Counted from the stretch's first letter, positions 9,927-18,618 are shown. The stretch: DNA of 64,000 nt from Bacteroidales bacterium (GCA_045628985.1 JAZQQH010000042.1:14796-78795), one strand, 5' to 3'. The notes: generated by a model not told the origin, from the sequence alone. Translations and numbers: made by a program.

Positions 9927-10799
9927 ATGAAACAAGCATTTATCTGTCTCCATGTCGCCATCCTTCTGGCTGGCGGCACGGGACTTTTCGGCCGTCTCAT
10001 CACGCTCACCGAGCTGCCACTCGTGTGGTATCGTATGATGTTCGCGCTGGCCATCCTGTTGCCAATTCTCCTTTTTACCAAGCAGTTCCACAAGCTCCTG
10101 CTCCGCCGCTTCCTTGAGATTGCTGGTTGTGGCGTGCTGCTGGCCATTCACTGGATCTTCTTTTATGGCAGTATCCAGGCTTCCAACGTCTCCATCGGAG
10201 TCATCTGCCTGACGCTGGTGAGCTTCTTCGCCGCCTTGCTCGAACCGCTGCTGACCAAGTCGAAGCCACGTTGGATTGAACTCATCCTCAGCCTTTTGCC
10301 CGTCTTGGGTATCCTGCTGATCTTCCAGCTCGATGTGCATTATCGTTATGGTATTCTGCTGGGTGTTGCCTCGTCGGCCGCCTGCGCTTTCTTCTCTATC
10401 GGAAGCAAAGTCCTGATGAGCCGCCACGGCCATTCAAGTAGTACGATGCTTTACGGCGAGCTGGCCGGCGGCGTCATGCTCCTGACGCTCATTATGCCGC
10501 TGGTCGTCTACCTGCGTCCTGAATTGCCCGTCGTGCCAGCCACTTCCGACTTCCTTTACCTCGTGCTGCTGGCCTCGGTTTTCACCATCGGTGCCTTCAT
10601 GCTGCAGCTCCGCGCTTTGCAGAAAGTCTCGACCTTTACGATGACGCTGAGCTACAACCTCGAACCTGTCTACAGCATCCTCTATGCGATGATCCTCTTC
10701 GACGAAGGCCGCGAGCTTTCGCGTAGCTTCTGGATCGGAGTCCTGCTGATCGTCGTTTCTGTACTGATGCAGACCATTCTTGTAAAAAGGAAGAAGTAG
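9927..10799 (+). CDS. DMT/EamA-like transporter
   Basis: 290 aa with about 10 hydrophobic helices in two repeated halves. Confidence 0.75.
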   Translation: MKQAFICLHVAILLAGGTGLFGRLITLTELPLVWYRMMFALAILLPILLFTKQFHKLLLRRFLEIAGCGVLLAIHWIFFYGSIQASNVSIGVICLTLVSFFAALLEPLLTKSKPRWIELILSLLPVLGILLIFQLDVHYRYGILLGVASSAACAFFSIGSKVLMSRHGHSSSTMLYGELAGGVMLLTLIMPLVVYLRPELPVVPATSDFLYLVLLASVFTIGAFMLQLRALQKVSTFTMTLSYNLEPVYSILYAMILFDEGRELSRSFWIGVLLIVVSVLMQTILVKRKK

Positions 10800-10926
10800 G
10801 GTTATCAACACTCTTTTAGTCCGATATTTGTGCTGCAAAGATAGCATTTCTTATTAAAAATGAGCAAATTTTCCCTGAAAACGAGAGTTCGAAGGGAATC
10901 TTTGCATTTATTTTAAAAATAAATTG

Positions 10927-10934
10927 TATCTTTG
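10927..10934 (+). promoter_or_regulatory. -7 box for the rplM-rpsI operon
   Basis: TATCTTTG 129 nt upstream of the GTG start of rplM. Confidence 0.55.
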
Positions 10935-11062
10935 CGCGCTGATTTTAGGGAAACTATGTTTCTTTGAAAGCCAGTGGCACCCTCAGTGAGCTCTAGTCCG
11001 TAAGCTGAGGCGCTGTCTGAGATAAATAACTTTTTTTAATTTCTTTAATCCAACAATCAACA

Positions 11063-11521
11063 GTGGATACTTTATCTTTTAAGACCGTTTCTGTGAACAA
11101 AGCAACTGCACAGAAGGAATGGGTGGTTGTTGATGCAACTGACCAGGTAATGGGTCGCTTCTGCTCTAAGGTAGCTAAGCTTCTCCGTGGTAAGTACAAG
11201 CCATCATTCACCCCTAACGTTGACTGCGGTGACAACGTTATCATTATCAACGCCGACAAGATCACCATGACCGGTAACAAGTGGACCGAGCGTGAGTGGC
11301 TTACCTTCACCGGCTATCCAAGCGGCCAGCGTGTACACACCGCTGCCAGCGTAGTTAAGAAGAACGGTTATGAGGCTCTCTTCCTCACCGTACTCAAGGG
11401 CATGCTTCCTAAGAACAAGCTTGGTCGTCAGATGCTCAAGAACGTTCGCGTTTATGAGGGCGCAGAGTACAAGGAGGTTGCTCAGCAGCCAAAGGTAATC
11501 GACATCAACACTTTGAAGTAA
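11063..11521 (+). CDS. rplM: 50S ribosomal protein L13 (GTG start)
   Basis: 152 aa. ...KEWVVVDATDQVMGRFCSKVAKLLRGK... is the classic L13 N-terminus. Confidence 0.97.
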   Translation: MDTLSFKTVSVNKATAQKEWVVVDATDQVMGRFCSKVAKLLRGKYKPSFTPNVDCGDNVIIINADKITMTGNKWTEREWLTFTGYPSGQRVHTAASVVKKNGYEALFLTVLKGMLPKNKLGRQMLKNVRVYEGAEYKEVAQQPKVIDINTLK

Positions 11522-11549
11522 TCAACACCACAAACAAACATTTACAACT

Positions 11550-11939
11550 ATGGCAGAAGTAATCAATGCAATCGGCCGTCGTAAGGCCGCTGTAGCCCGT
11601 GTTTATGTTGCTGCTGGTGCTGGTAACATCACCATCAACAAGAAGGAGCTTCAGGCTTATTTCCCATCATCAATCCTTCAGTTCATCGTTAAGCAGCCTC
11701 TCAACGAGGTTGGCGTAGCTGAGAGCTATGACATCAACGTAAACCTCAAGGGTGGTGGCTTTAAGGGCCAGGCAGAGGCTCTCCGTCTCGCTATTGCTCG
11801 TGCACTCGTTAAGATCGACGCTGAGAACAAGGCAGCTCTTCGCAAGGCTGGCTTCCTCACCCGCGATGCACGTATCGTTGAACGTAAGAAGCCAGGTCAG
11901 CCAAAGGCTCGTCGTCGCTTCCAGTTCAGCAAGCGTTAA
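11550..11939 (+). CDS. rpsI: 30S ribosomal protein S9
   Basis: 129 aa. ...GRRKAAVARV... and the C-terminal ...PGQPKARRRFQFSKR. Confidence 0.97.
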   Translation: MAEVINAIGRRKAAVARVYVAAGAGNITINKKELQAYFPSSILQFIVKQPLNEVGVAESYDINVNLKGGGFKGQAEALRLAIARALVKIDAENKAALRKAGFLTRDARIVERKKPGQPKARRRFQFSKR

Positions 11940-12031
11940 TTCATTTACCATTGGACAATTTACAATTTACGATTGGCTTCGCGCTGCGTAAGGCTTTGTA
12001 AAGTCCGGATGAAATTAGCGTCATAAGCGTC

Positions 12032-12066
12032 ATTTAAATATAGTACGCGCGTACATCTATTTAAAT
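12032..12066 (+). terminator. Hairpin after rpsI
   Basis: ATTTAAATA...TATTTAAAT stem enclosing the GTACGCGCGTAC palindrome. Confidence 0.45.
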
Positions 12067-12098
12067 AACGCGTTTAGTATCTAAACCAGACCGACTGG

Positions 12099-12133
12099 AA
12101 TTGTCAATTATCAATTGTCAATTCTCAATTACC
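12099..12133. repeat. Heptamer array (AATTGTC AATTATC AATTGTC AATTCTC AATTACC)
   Basis: Five tandem 7-mers in the rpsB leader. Confidence 0.8.
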
Positions 12134-12181
12134 TTCTGGTTGCATAACAAGAATGTAAACAAAAAAACAATTTCGACAATT

Positions 12182-12949
12182 ATGTCACGTACAAACTTTG
12201 ATCAACTTTTGGAAGCCGGCGTTCACTTCGGACACCTCAAGAGCAAGTGGAACCCAGCAATGGCTCCTTACATCTTCATGGAGCGCAACGGCATCCATAT
12301 CATCGACCTGAATAAGACAGTTGCTAAAATCGACGAGGCAGCTGAGGAGCTCAAGGCTATCGCTAAGAGCGGCCGTAAGGTACTCTTCGTCGCAACCAAG
12401 AAGCAGGCCAAGGAGGTTGTAGCCGAGAAGGCTCAGGCTGTTGGCATGCCATACGTTATCGAGCGCTGGCCAGGCGGTATGCTCACCAACTTCACCACCA
12501 TCCGCAAGGCTGTGAAGAAGATGGCTACCATCGACAAGCTCACCAAGGACGGCACCTACGATAACCTTTCTAAGCGCGAGCGTCTGCAGATCAGCCGCCA
12601 GCGTGAGAAGCTCGAGAAGAACCTCGGTTCTATCGCAGATCTTACCCGTCTCCCATCAGCTATCTTCGTAGTTGACGTTATGAAGGAGCACATCGCCGTT
12701 GCTGAGGCTATCCGTCTCGGTATCCCAGTATTCGGTATGGTTGATACCAACTCTAGCCCACGCGACATCGACTTCGTGATCCCAGCAAATGACGACGCTA
12801 CTAAGTCTATCGAGGCTGTAGTAGGCGCTATGTGCGACGCTATCAACGAGGGTCTCGAGGAGCGCAAGGTAGAGAAGGCTGACCAGGATGCTGCTGAGGC
12901 TAGCGGCAAGGGCGGCAAGAAGAACGTTGAGACCTCTGAGGAGGCCTAA
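12182..12949 (+). CDS. rpsB: 30S ribosomal protein S2
   Basis: The ORF in the track begins at 12101, but S2 homology starts at MSRTNFDQLLEAGVHFGH... (ATG at 12182). The upstream 27 codons are translated heptamer repeat. Confidence 0.95.
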   Translation: MSRTNFDQLLEAGVHFGHLKSKWNPAMAPYIFMERNGIHIIDLNKTVAKIDEAAEELKAIAKSGRKVLFVATKKQAKEVVAEKAQAVGMPYVIERWPGGMLTNFTTIRKAVKKMATIDKLTKDGTYDNLSKRERLQISRQREKLEKNLGSIADLTRLPSAIFVVDVMKEHIAVAEAIRLGIPVFGMVDTNSSPRDIDFVIPANDDATKSIEAVVGAMCDAINEGLEERKVEKADQDAAEASGKGGKKNVETSEEA

Positions 12950-12960
12950 ACATTCTTTTA

Positions 12961-13023
12961 ATTACAAATTACTAATTACGAATTACGAGGTTCTCGTCTC
13001 GCAAGTAATTAGTAATTTGTAAT
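12961..13023. repeat. Inverted heptamer arrays forming a long hairpin (probable rpsB terminator)
   Basis: ATTACAAATTACTAATTAC (12961-12979) is perfectly complementary to GTAATTAGTAATTTGTAAT (13005-13023). Confidence 0.75.
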
Positions 13024-13073
13024 TAGTAATAATAACTAGTTATTCGTAATTTATTTTCAAAAAAGAAAATACT

Positions 13074-14060
13074 ATGGCAGTTTCTATTGCTGATATCAAG
13101 AAGCTCCGTGAGATGACTCAGGCCGGTATGGGTGACTGTAAGAAGGCACTTGAGGAGTCAAATGGTGATTTCGATGCCGCTGTAAAGTGGATCCGTGAGA
13201 AGTTCACCAAGATCGCTGCAAAGCGTGAGGCTCGTGAGGCAGCTCAGGGTGTAGTTATCGCTCGCACTGAGGGTAACTATGGCGCAGTTGTAGCACTTAA
13301 GTGTGAGACTGAGTCTGTTGCTAACAACGATCGTTTCCAGGAGCTCGCAAATACTATCGCTGACCTCGTAATGGCTAACAAGCCAGCTAACAATGAGGCT
13401 CTCCTCGCTCTCCCACTTGAGGAGGGTACCGTTGCTTCGGTTATCACCGAGCGTTCAGGCGCTTGTGGTGAGAAGATGGAGGTCGTATTCGAGGCTGTTG
13501 AGGGTCCATGCGTTATTGCTTACAACCACTTCAACCACATGCTCTCTTCTATCGTAGCATTCAACGCTGCTGCTGATGCTGAGGCTCTCAAGGAGGTTGC
13601 TTGCCAGGTTGCTGCAATGAACCCACTCGCAGTTAACGCTGACGTGATCCCACAGGCTAAGAAGGACGAGGAGCTCGAGCTCGCTATCAAGAAGACTAAG
13701 GAGGAGCAGGTTGAGAAGGCAGTTGCTGCTGCACTCAAGAAGGCTGGTCTCAATCCTAACCACTTCGACAGCGAGGATCACATCGAGAGCAACATGTCTA
13801 AGGGCTGGATCACCGCTGAGCAGGCAGCTCAGGGCCGCGAGATCATGGCAGCTACCGCTGCTGAGAAGGCTGCAAACCTCAATGAGGGTATGATCCAGAA
13901 CATCGCTAAGGGTCGTATGGCTAAGTTCTTCAAGGAGAACTGCCTCGTTGAGCAGGAGTTCATCAGCGACAGCAAGTTGAGCGTTCAGCAGTACCTCGAC
14001 AAGATCCAGAAGGGTCTTACCGCTACTGCTTTCAAGCGTATCAACCTCAATCAGGACTAA
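13074..14060 (+). CDS. tsf: Translation elongation factor Ts
   Basis: 328 aa. The N-terminal UBA-like ...IKKLREMTQAGMGDCKKALEESNGDFDAAVKWIREK... is diagnostic. Confidence 0.95.
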   Translation: MAVSIADIKKLREMTQAGMGDCKKALEESNGDFDAAVKWIREKFTKIAAKREAREAAQGVVIARTEGNYGAVVALKCETESVANNDRFQELANTIADLVMANKPANNEALLALPLEEGTVASVITERSGACGEKMEVVFEAVEGPCVIAYNHFNHMLSSIVAFNAAADAEALKEVACQVAAMNPLAVNADVIPQAKKDEELELAIKKTKEEQVEKAVAAALKKAGLNPNHFDSEDHIESNMSKGWITAEQAAQGREIMAATAAEKAANLNEGMIQNIAKGRMAKFFKENCLVEQEFISDSKLSVQQYLDKIQKGLTATAFKRINLNQD

Positions 14061-14096
14061 TTCTCTGACGAGAAAATTACATTTTCTGTCAGAAAA

Positions 14097-14171
14097 AATT
14101 ACAAATTACTAATTACAAATTACATGGTGTTGCGACACAATGTAGTAATTAGTAATTTGTAATTAGTAATT
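14097..14171. repeat. Inverted heptamer arrays forming a hairpin after tsf
   Basis: AATTACAAATTACTAATTACAAATTAC ... GTAATTAGTAATTTGTAATTAGTAATT. Same family as the array at 12961. Confidence 0.75.
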
Positions 14172-14173
14172 AT

Positions 14174-14202
14174 AAAATCTATGGCAACGAGCCATAGATT
14201 TT
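14174..14202. other. Perfect 12-bp hairpin immediately upstream of tRNA-Pro
   Basis: AAAATCTATGGC-aacga-GCCATAGATTTT ends 2 nt before the tRNA. Confidence 0.7.
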
Positions 14203-14204
14203 AT

Positions 14205-14277
14205 CGGGGTTTAGCGCAGCTGGTAGCGCGCTACGTTCGGGACGTAGAGGTCGCCCGTTCGAATCGGGTAACCCCGA
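14205..14277 (+). tRNA. tRNA-Pro (anticodon CGG)
   Basis: Manual cloverleaf fold. Acceptor CGGGGTT/AACCCCG. D arm GCGC-AGCTGGTA-GCGC. Anticodon arm CTACG-TTCGGGA-CGTAG. T arm GCCCG-TTCGAAT-CGGGT. Discriminator A. No encoded CCA. Confidence 0.9.
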
Positions 14278-14283
14278 CATTTT

Positions 14284-14486
14284 AAAGGAGTCAACACTAG
14301 TAAAGTAGTGTTGACTCCTTTAATGTAATGGGTCAACACTAGTATTGTAGTGTTGACTTTTTTGATGTATTGGGTCAACACTAGTATTGTAGTGTTGACT
14401 TTTTTGATGTATTGGGTCAACACTGGTATTGTAGTGTTGACTCCTTTGATGTAATGGGTCAACACTGGTATTGTAGTGTTGACCCA
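14284..14486. repeat. Tandem array of five ~43-nt hairpin units (GTCAACACTRGTAwwGTAGTGTTGAC)
   Basis: Five near-identical palindromic units read directly from the sequence. They lie between tRNA-Pro and the 3' end of a convergent gene. Confidence 0.9.
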
Positions 14487-14495
14487 ATATATGAA

Positions 14496-15218
14496 TTATC
14501 GCTTGAACTTAAATCCAGTCTTCATTCCCTTAAAATTCTGAGCGATGGCGCCGATATTGCCTAAGGTCGACTGACCGTTGCTGAGGCTGCCGGCTGCAGA
14601 GAAGAGGGAGAGGACCTTGCTGCTATCGAAGCAGAGGCTCATGAGATTGCCGCTGATGGTCACGTAGGCGTTGATATTCATGCCATTGGCCGTGGTGATG
14701 CCAACGATCTTGTTCTTGGCGTCGAATACGTATGTGCCTGTGTTCGTGCGGCTTCCGATGGTGTAAGTGACTTTGCCATCGCGGGTAAAGGTGAAGGAGA
14801 GCTTGCCAGGAGTGATACCTGCCATCTTGTAGATTGAGACGAGCTGGTTCTCTACCTTCGCTGCCGCAGCTGCACCGCCGGCCTGGGTGAGGAGGTTATC
14901 GCTCTCGAACTGAACGCTTGGTTCTGTATAGGTCCAGGTGCCAACTAGATTGGCCTGAGTCGTTGTGATGCTGCCAGTGACGCTTGCCAGGATGTTTCCA
15001 AGTACACCACCGATTCCGCCTTGCTCAGCAGAGGCTGCTCCAGCGTTGGCAATTCCTCCCAAGATCTCTCCCAAAGGATTCTGAGCGTTAGTGCTGGCCT
15101 GTTGTGTCTGATTTGTAGTTCCTTGGTTGGTGCCAGGCTGTGAACTTGTCGCTGGCATAGGTGCCATGCAACCGGTCAAAAGTGCCGTTGCAAGAGCATA
15201 AAACGCGATTTTTTTCAT
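14496..15218 (-). CDS. Lipoprotein with lipocalin-like C-terminal domain (DUF4923-like)
   Basis: 240 aa. Lipobox ...LLTGC. Gly/Ala/Gln-rich linker. ...LVGTWTYTEPSVQFES... and ...GTYVFDAKNK... match my recollection of DUF4923. Confidence 0.6.
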   Translation of the reverse strand: MKKIAFYALATALLTGCMAPMPATSSQPGTNQGTTNQTQQASTNAQNPLGEILGGIANAGAASAEQGGIGGVLGNILASVTGSITTTQANLVGTWTYTEPSVQFESDNLLTQAGGAAAAAKVENQLVSIYKMAGITPGKLSFTFTRDGKVTYTIGSRTNTGTYVFDAKNKIVGITTANGMNINAYVTISGNLMSLCFDSSKVLSLFSAAGSLSNGQSTLGNIGAIAQNFKGMKTGFKFKR

Positions 15219-15233
15219 ATTAATATTTATAGA

Positions 15234-16013
15234 TTATTCTTTTGTCTTGGTTTCTACTTCTTGTGAATCGTCGTTATCTTCCTTGTCCTGAGCCAGACGT
15301 GTGAAACGCTGGTCGCAGATGAGCAAGCTGTCGCCTGGGTCCATCATGCTAGGTTGGAAGAAGCGGTTGGTGCAGTCTTCCCAACCGATGAAGCGATGGG
15401 TGAGGCGTTCGAGGACGACGAACTTGTAGCGCAAAGGGAAGCGGATGGCCGATCGGTCGAACGTGACGCTCCAGATGCCACGACTGACCTGCTCCATCGG
15501 GAGGGAGAGAGCGGGGTTCCAGTTGCCGAGCACGTCGGTATTGCCGATGAGCGCTAACTGCCAGTTATCCTGCAGCTTACCAGCCTCGCAAACCATCGTC
15601 ATACGGTTCGGAGTTAGTTCGTCGACCAATGGATGCGCGGTGTTATAGAGCTGTTGTATCTCGTGACGGCGACGGAAGGCCAGCGAGAAGAAGCTGCGGA
15701 TTTGTGGCAGACGACGCCAGATGTCCCAGATATGAAGCGTCGGTACTCCTGTGGCCTCGCTGATGTCTGCAATCAGATGACCATTGCCAAACTCATTTCT
15801 CAGCACATGGCGCTGATATGCCAGCACGTAGTGATAATGCTGGTTGTTGAGGAGGTCTGACTCCACCTCGACAAACCAGTTGCCGCGGCCGTCATTGTCC
15901 ATCTCGATGGCATTTTTGGGGAGTTTGCTGCCGATGGCAGGCTTCTTGCCTGTGGTGACGTAGAGCTGCGCGCCCCACTGTGTCTGGTATTCGATATGCA
16001 GGAAAATGGTCAT
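15234..16013 (-). CDS. CBM20 (starch-binding-like) domain protein
   Basis: ...LALIGNTDVLGNWNPALSLPMEQVSRGIWSVTF...LRYKFVV... is a CBM20-type pattern, with a second similar module at the N-terminus. Start chosen at ATG 16013 because a -7 box sits at 16110-16117, over the longer ORF's start. Confidence 0.6.
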   Translation of the reverse strand: MTIFLHIEYQTQWGAQLYVTTGKKPAIGSKLPKNAIEMDNDGRGNWFVEVESDLLNNQHYHYVLAYQRHVLRNEFGNGHLIADISEATGVPTLHIWDIWRRLPQIRSFFSLAFRRRHEIQQLYNTAHPLVDELTPNRMTMVCEAGKLQDNWQLALIGNTDVLGNWNPALSLPMEQVSRGIWSVTFDRSAIRFPLRYKFVVLERLTHRFIGWEDCTNRFFQPSMMDPGDSLLICDQRFTRLAQDKEDNDDSQEVETKTKE

Positions 16014-16109
16014 AATCGTGTCTGAAAAATAAGGTCTGAAATGGTGAAAGACGACTCTTTCTGAGGGCGAATATACTAATAATGTCTGTAGTAACAAAAT
16101 TTTTTCGGT

Positions 16110-16117
16110 CAAAAGTA
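16110..16117 (-). promoter_or_regulatory. -7 box (TACTTTTG) for the CBM20 gene
   Basis: TAnnTTTG match on the minus strand. Confidence 0.45.
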
Positions 16118-16192
16118 CACATTTTAAATATTATTTGTGCTTTTGAGGTGTTTAAAAACATACTTTTAGTTGGGTATGACTGATTTTTTCAC

Positions 16193-16200
16193 TATCTTTG
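16193..16200 (+). promoter_or_regulatory. -7 box for the TonB-dependent receptor gene
   Basis: TATCTTTG 39 nt upstream of the ATG at 16239. Confidence 0.55.
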
Positions 16201-16238
16201 CGCCGCGAAAAACGGGTACAAAAGCCCATTTATTTTTT

Positions 16239-18380
16239 ATGTACAATAACAATCAGAAAAAAACAGTCAAGTGGAAGCGCTTCAGTGGCGCTTCGTACGC
16301 TGCTTTCCAGAGCCTCCATCGCGAGGTAGGAATCGGTGTCCTGACCGTGGCTATGCTCAGCAGTGCTGGCTTGAAGGCTATGGCAGGCGAGGCTGGCTCG
16401 ATGTCTGTTGCTGCGGGTGCTCGCACTAATGCTGGAGCCCTCGACACGGCAGGCGCGGTCGGTGACGATTCGCTGAAGGTAGACGTATTGCAGGACGTTG
16501 AGGTCCTTGCCACTCGCGTGTCGCTCACTGCTGAGCAGACACCACGTATGGTGACTGTACTGCGCGCTGCAGATATCGCAGCGGCTGCGGTACACAGTGT
16601 GAATGATCTCTTGGAGTATGCTGTCGGCGTGGATGTGCGGCAGCGCGGAGAATTTGGAGTTCAGACCGACGTTTCGGTCAGAGGTGGAAATTTCGATCAG
16701 ATTACGGTTCTGCTCAATGGCGTGAATATCTCTTCACCCCATACTGGGCACTTGACAGCCGACTTCCCAGTCACTGCGCTCGACATTGAGCAGGTGGAGG
16801 TACTGGAAGGTCCGGCAGCGCGTGTCTTTGGCACCAGTGCATTTACGGGTGTCATCAATATCGTCACGCGCAAGGCTGTCGTGTCTGACGATGATCCGCA
16901 GCAGTTCGGTGGCAAGGCGCATGTCTATGGCGGTTCGTACGGCTATGCCGGTGGCGACCTCTCGCTGACGTCGGCTAACTCGCTGGGACAGAACACCTCA
17001 CTGACCAATCTGCTGACCGGTGGCTACAGCCGTAGCGATGGTGCTACACCTAACTCCGATTTCGGTTCGACCCGTGTCTTCTATCAAGGCTCGCTGCAGC
17101 ACAAGGACATGACGGTCGATGGCCAGTTCGGCTACAGCTACAAGGATTATGGTGCCAACACATTCTATGGCGCCTCGTCGACCGACCAGTGGGAGAGTAA
17201 CGAACGCCTGATCGCGGCGTTGCAGATGCAGGTGCCTCTCGGCCAGTCATGGAACCTGAAGGCCGGAGCCGACTGGAACCGCTGGTATGATCATTATCAG
17301 TGGCATAAGGACAGTCCTGCCGGTGAGAACTTCCATCAGGTCGATGCTGCTGCCTGGAAGGCTTTGATCAATCATTCGTCTGCGCATGGCAAGACCAACT
17401 TCGGCTATGAGGGACGCTATGAAGGCATCTACAGCACCAAGCTCGGCCTTCCGCTCGCTGAGAATGAGTGGAAGAAGACGGCAGGCCATGATGCGGATGG
17501 TGACATATATTATAAGTATAAGGACAGTCGTGTCAATCACAACCTCTTCTTGGAGCATGACGTCCTGCTTGATCAGTGGACCATCAGCTTAGGTCTGTTG
17601 GCCAACAGCAATTCGGGCCTCGATCACCGCTGGCGCTTCTACCCGGGTGTGGATATTGCCTGGAGACCTTCTTCCTTCTGGAAAGTGTTTGCCTCTTGGA
17701 ACATGGCGCTCCGCCTGCCGACCTTCACTGACCTCTATTATAGTGGTGCCAACATCATCGGCAACTCTGACCTCAAGCCTGAGAAGACACAGGACGTGAG
17801 CCTCGGTGTCCGTTATCGTCGCACCGGTTGGCACATCGAGGCGCAGGCCTTCTATAGCCACAAGCAGGATATGATCGACTGGGTTATCTTCAATCCTTCG
17901 GAGAAGCGTCCTGGCGAGGATGAATCCTTTGCGGATGGCAAGACATTCCACTCGACCAACTTCCGTCTGGACAACGTCGGCATCGAGACTCAGGTGGCCT
18001 TCCTGCCTCGCGAGCTGAACCCTGAGTCTCCGCTCCAGAAGCTGAGCCTGCAGTGGGCCTATCTTGACCAGTCATCGTCATACGAGCGCTCTATCCTGTC
18101 GAGCAAGTACGCCATGATGTACCTCCGCAACAAGCTCGTGGCTCAGGCCGAAACCCGTCTGTTCTCGCACCTTGACCTCTCTATGGCATGGCGCTGGATG
18201 GATCGAATCGGAGACGAAAACCCAAGCTATGGTTTGCTTGACGCGCGTCTGTCATGGTCAATGAAGAAGGCAAAGATCTATTGTGATTTGACCAATATCC
18301 TCAATAAGAAATACTACGAATATACCTTTGTAGAGCAGCCGGGAATGCTGATTAAGGGCGGCATTCTGGTCAATTTCTAA
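16239..18380 (+). CDS. TonB-dependent outer-membrane receptor (non-SusC type)
   Basis: Plug region (...LQDVEVLATRV..., ...VEVLEGPAARVFGTSAFTGVINIVTRK...) and a beta-barrel ending ...KGGILVNF. Start moved to ATG 16239, downstream of the promoter box. Confidence 0.85.
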   Translation: MYNNNQKKTVKWKRFSGASYAAFQSLHREVGIGVLTVAMLSSAGLKAMAGEAGSMSVAAGARTNAGALDTAGAVGDDSLKVDVLQDVEVLATRVSLTAEQTPRMVTVLRAADIAAAAVHSVNDLLEYAVGVDVRQRGEFGVQTDVSVRGGNFDQITVLLNGVNISSPHTGHLTADFPVTALDIEQVEVLEGPAARVFGTSAFTGVINIVTRKAVVSDDDPQQFGGKAHVYGGSYGYAGGDLSLTSANSLGQNTSLTNLLTGGYSRSDGATPNSDFGSTRVFYQGSLQHKDMTVDGQFGYSYKDYGANTFYGASSTDQWESNERLIAALQMQVPLGQSWNLKAGADWNRWYDHYQWHKDSPAGENFHQVDAAAWKALINHSSAHGKTNFGYEGRYEGIYSTKLGLPLAENEWKKTAGHDADGDIYYKYKDSRVNHNLFLEHDVLLDQWTISLGLLANSNSGLDHRWRFYPGVDIAWRPSSFWKVFASWNMALRLPTFTDLYYSGANIIGNSDLKPEKTQDVSLGVRYRRTGWHIEAQAFYSHKQDMIDWVIFNPSEKRPGEDESFADGKTFHSTNFRLDNVGIETQVAFLPRELNPESPLQKLSLQWAYLDQSSSYERSILSSKYAMMYLRNKLVAQAETRLFSHLDLSMAWRWMDRIGDENPSYGLLDARLSWSMKKAKIYCDLTNILNKKYYEYTFVEQPGMLIKGGILVNF

Positions 18381-18420
18381 CCAATAAACGGTCATATTTT
18401 TAGAATAAAAACATAAGGAA

Positions 18421-18455
18421 AAGCGTTGATAACTCTGAAATCAACGCTTTTTTTT
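18421..18455 (+). terminator. Rho-independent terminator
   Basis: AAGCGTTGAT-aactctgaa-ATCAACGCTT stem followed by a T-run. Confidence 0.7.
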
Positions 18456-18618
18456 ATGTATTTTTGGTTAAAAGAAGAAAAAATTAATCAATTTGGAAAG
18501 TGCTGAAAATCAATTCATGTAACATTTGGAAAGATAATTGTAACAGTAGATATTGTAAAAGTAACAATTTTCCTCCCTTTTGCAACGCGAAATATTTGCT
18601 TTTTTTATCAAAAATATG

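Noticed and set aside
9063-10433. 456-aa minus-strand ORF spanning the SDR and DMT transporter genes.
   Set aside because: It is antisense to two genes with clear family signatures. Its composition is biased and low-complexity (Q/E/G/D-rich) with no motifs. This is a typical shadow ORF of GC3-rich coding DNA.
12101-12181. N-terminal extensions of track ORFs. Cases: rpsB from 12101, GH115 from TTG 36744, the PUL lipoprotein from 28755, the TonB receptor from 16170, the CBM20 protein from 16112, and the Zn-ribbon from GTG 63110.
   Set aside because: In each case the extension lacks homology or a signal-peptide logic, covers a promoter box or a heptamer repeat, and an internal ATG gives a canonical N-terminus. 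The shorter models were adopted.
14211-14465. 84-aa minus-strand ORF with repeated YIK(G/K)VNTT motifs.
   Set aside because: It is a translation of the five-unit hairpin array and it overlaps tRNA-Pro. The periodic peptide is an artefact of the DNA repeat.
14284-14486. Possible CRISPR array (regularly spaced repeats).
   Set aside because: The sequences between the palindromic cores are short (about 13-17 nt) and nearly identical to each other, so they are not unique spacers. There are no cas genes in the window, and the period of ~43 nt is too short.
14205-14490. tRNA-Pro as the attachment site of an integrated element.
   Set aside because: No integrase, excisionase or direct repeat of the tRNA 3' end was found on either side. 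The neighbouring genes are ordinary core genes.
16113-16238. Riboswitch (for example cobalamin or TPP) upstream of the TonB-dependent receptor.
   Set aside because: The promoter box at 16193-16200 leaves a leader of only about 35-40 nt. That is too short for any known riboswitch aptamer, and no conserved riboswitch core sequences were seen.
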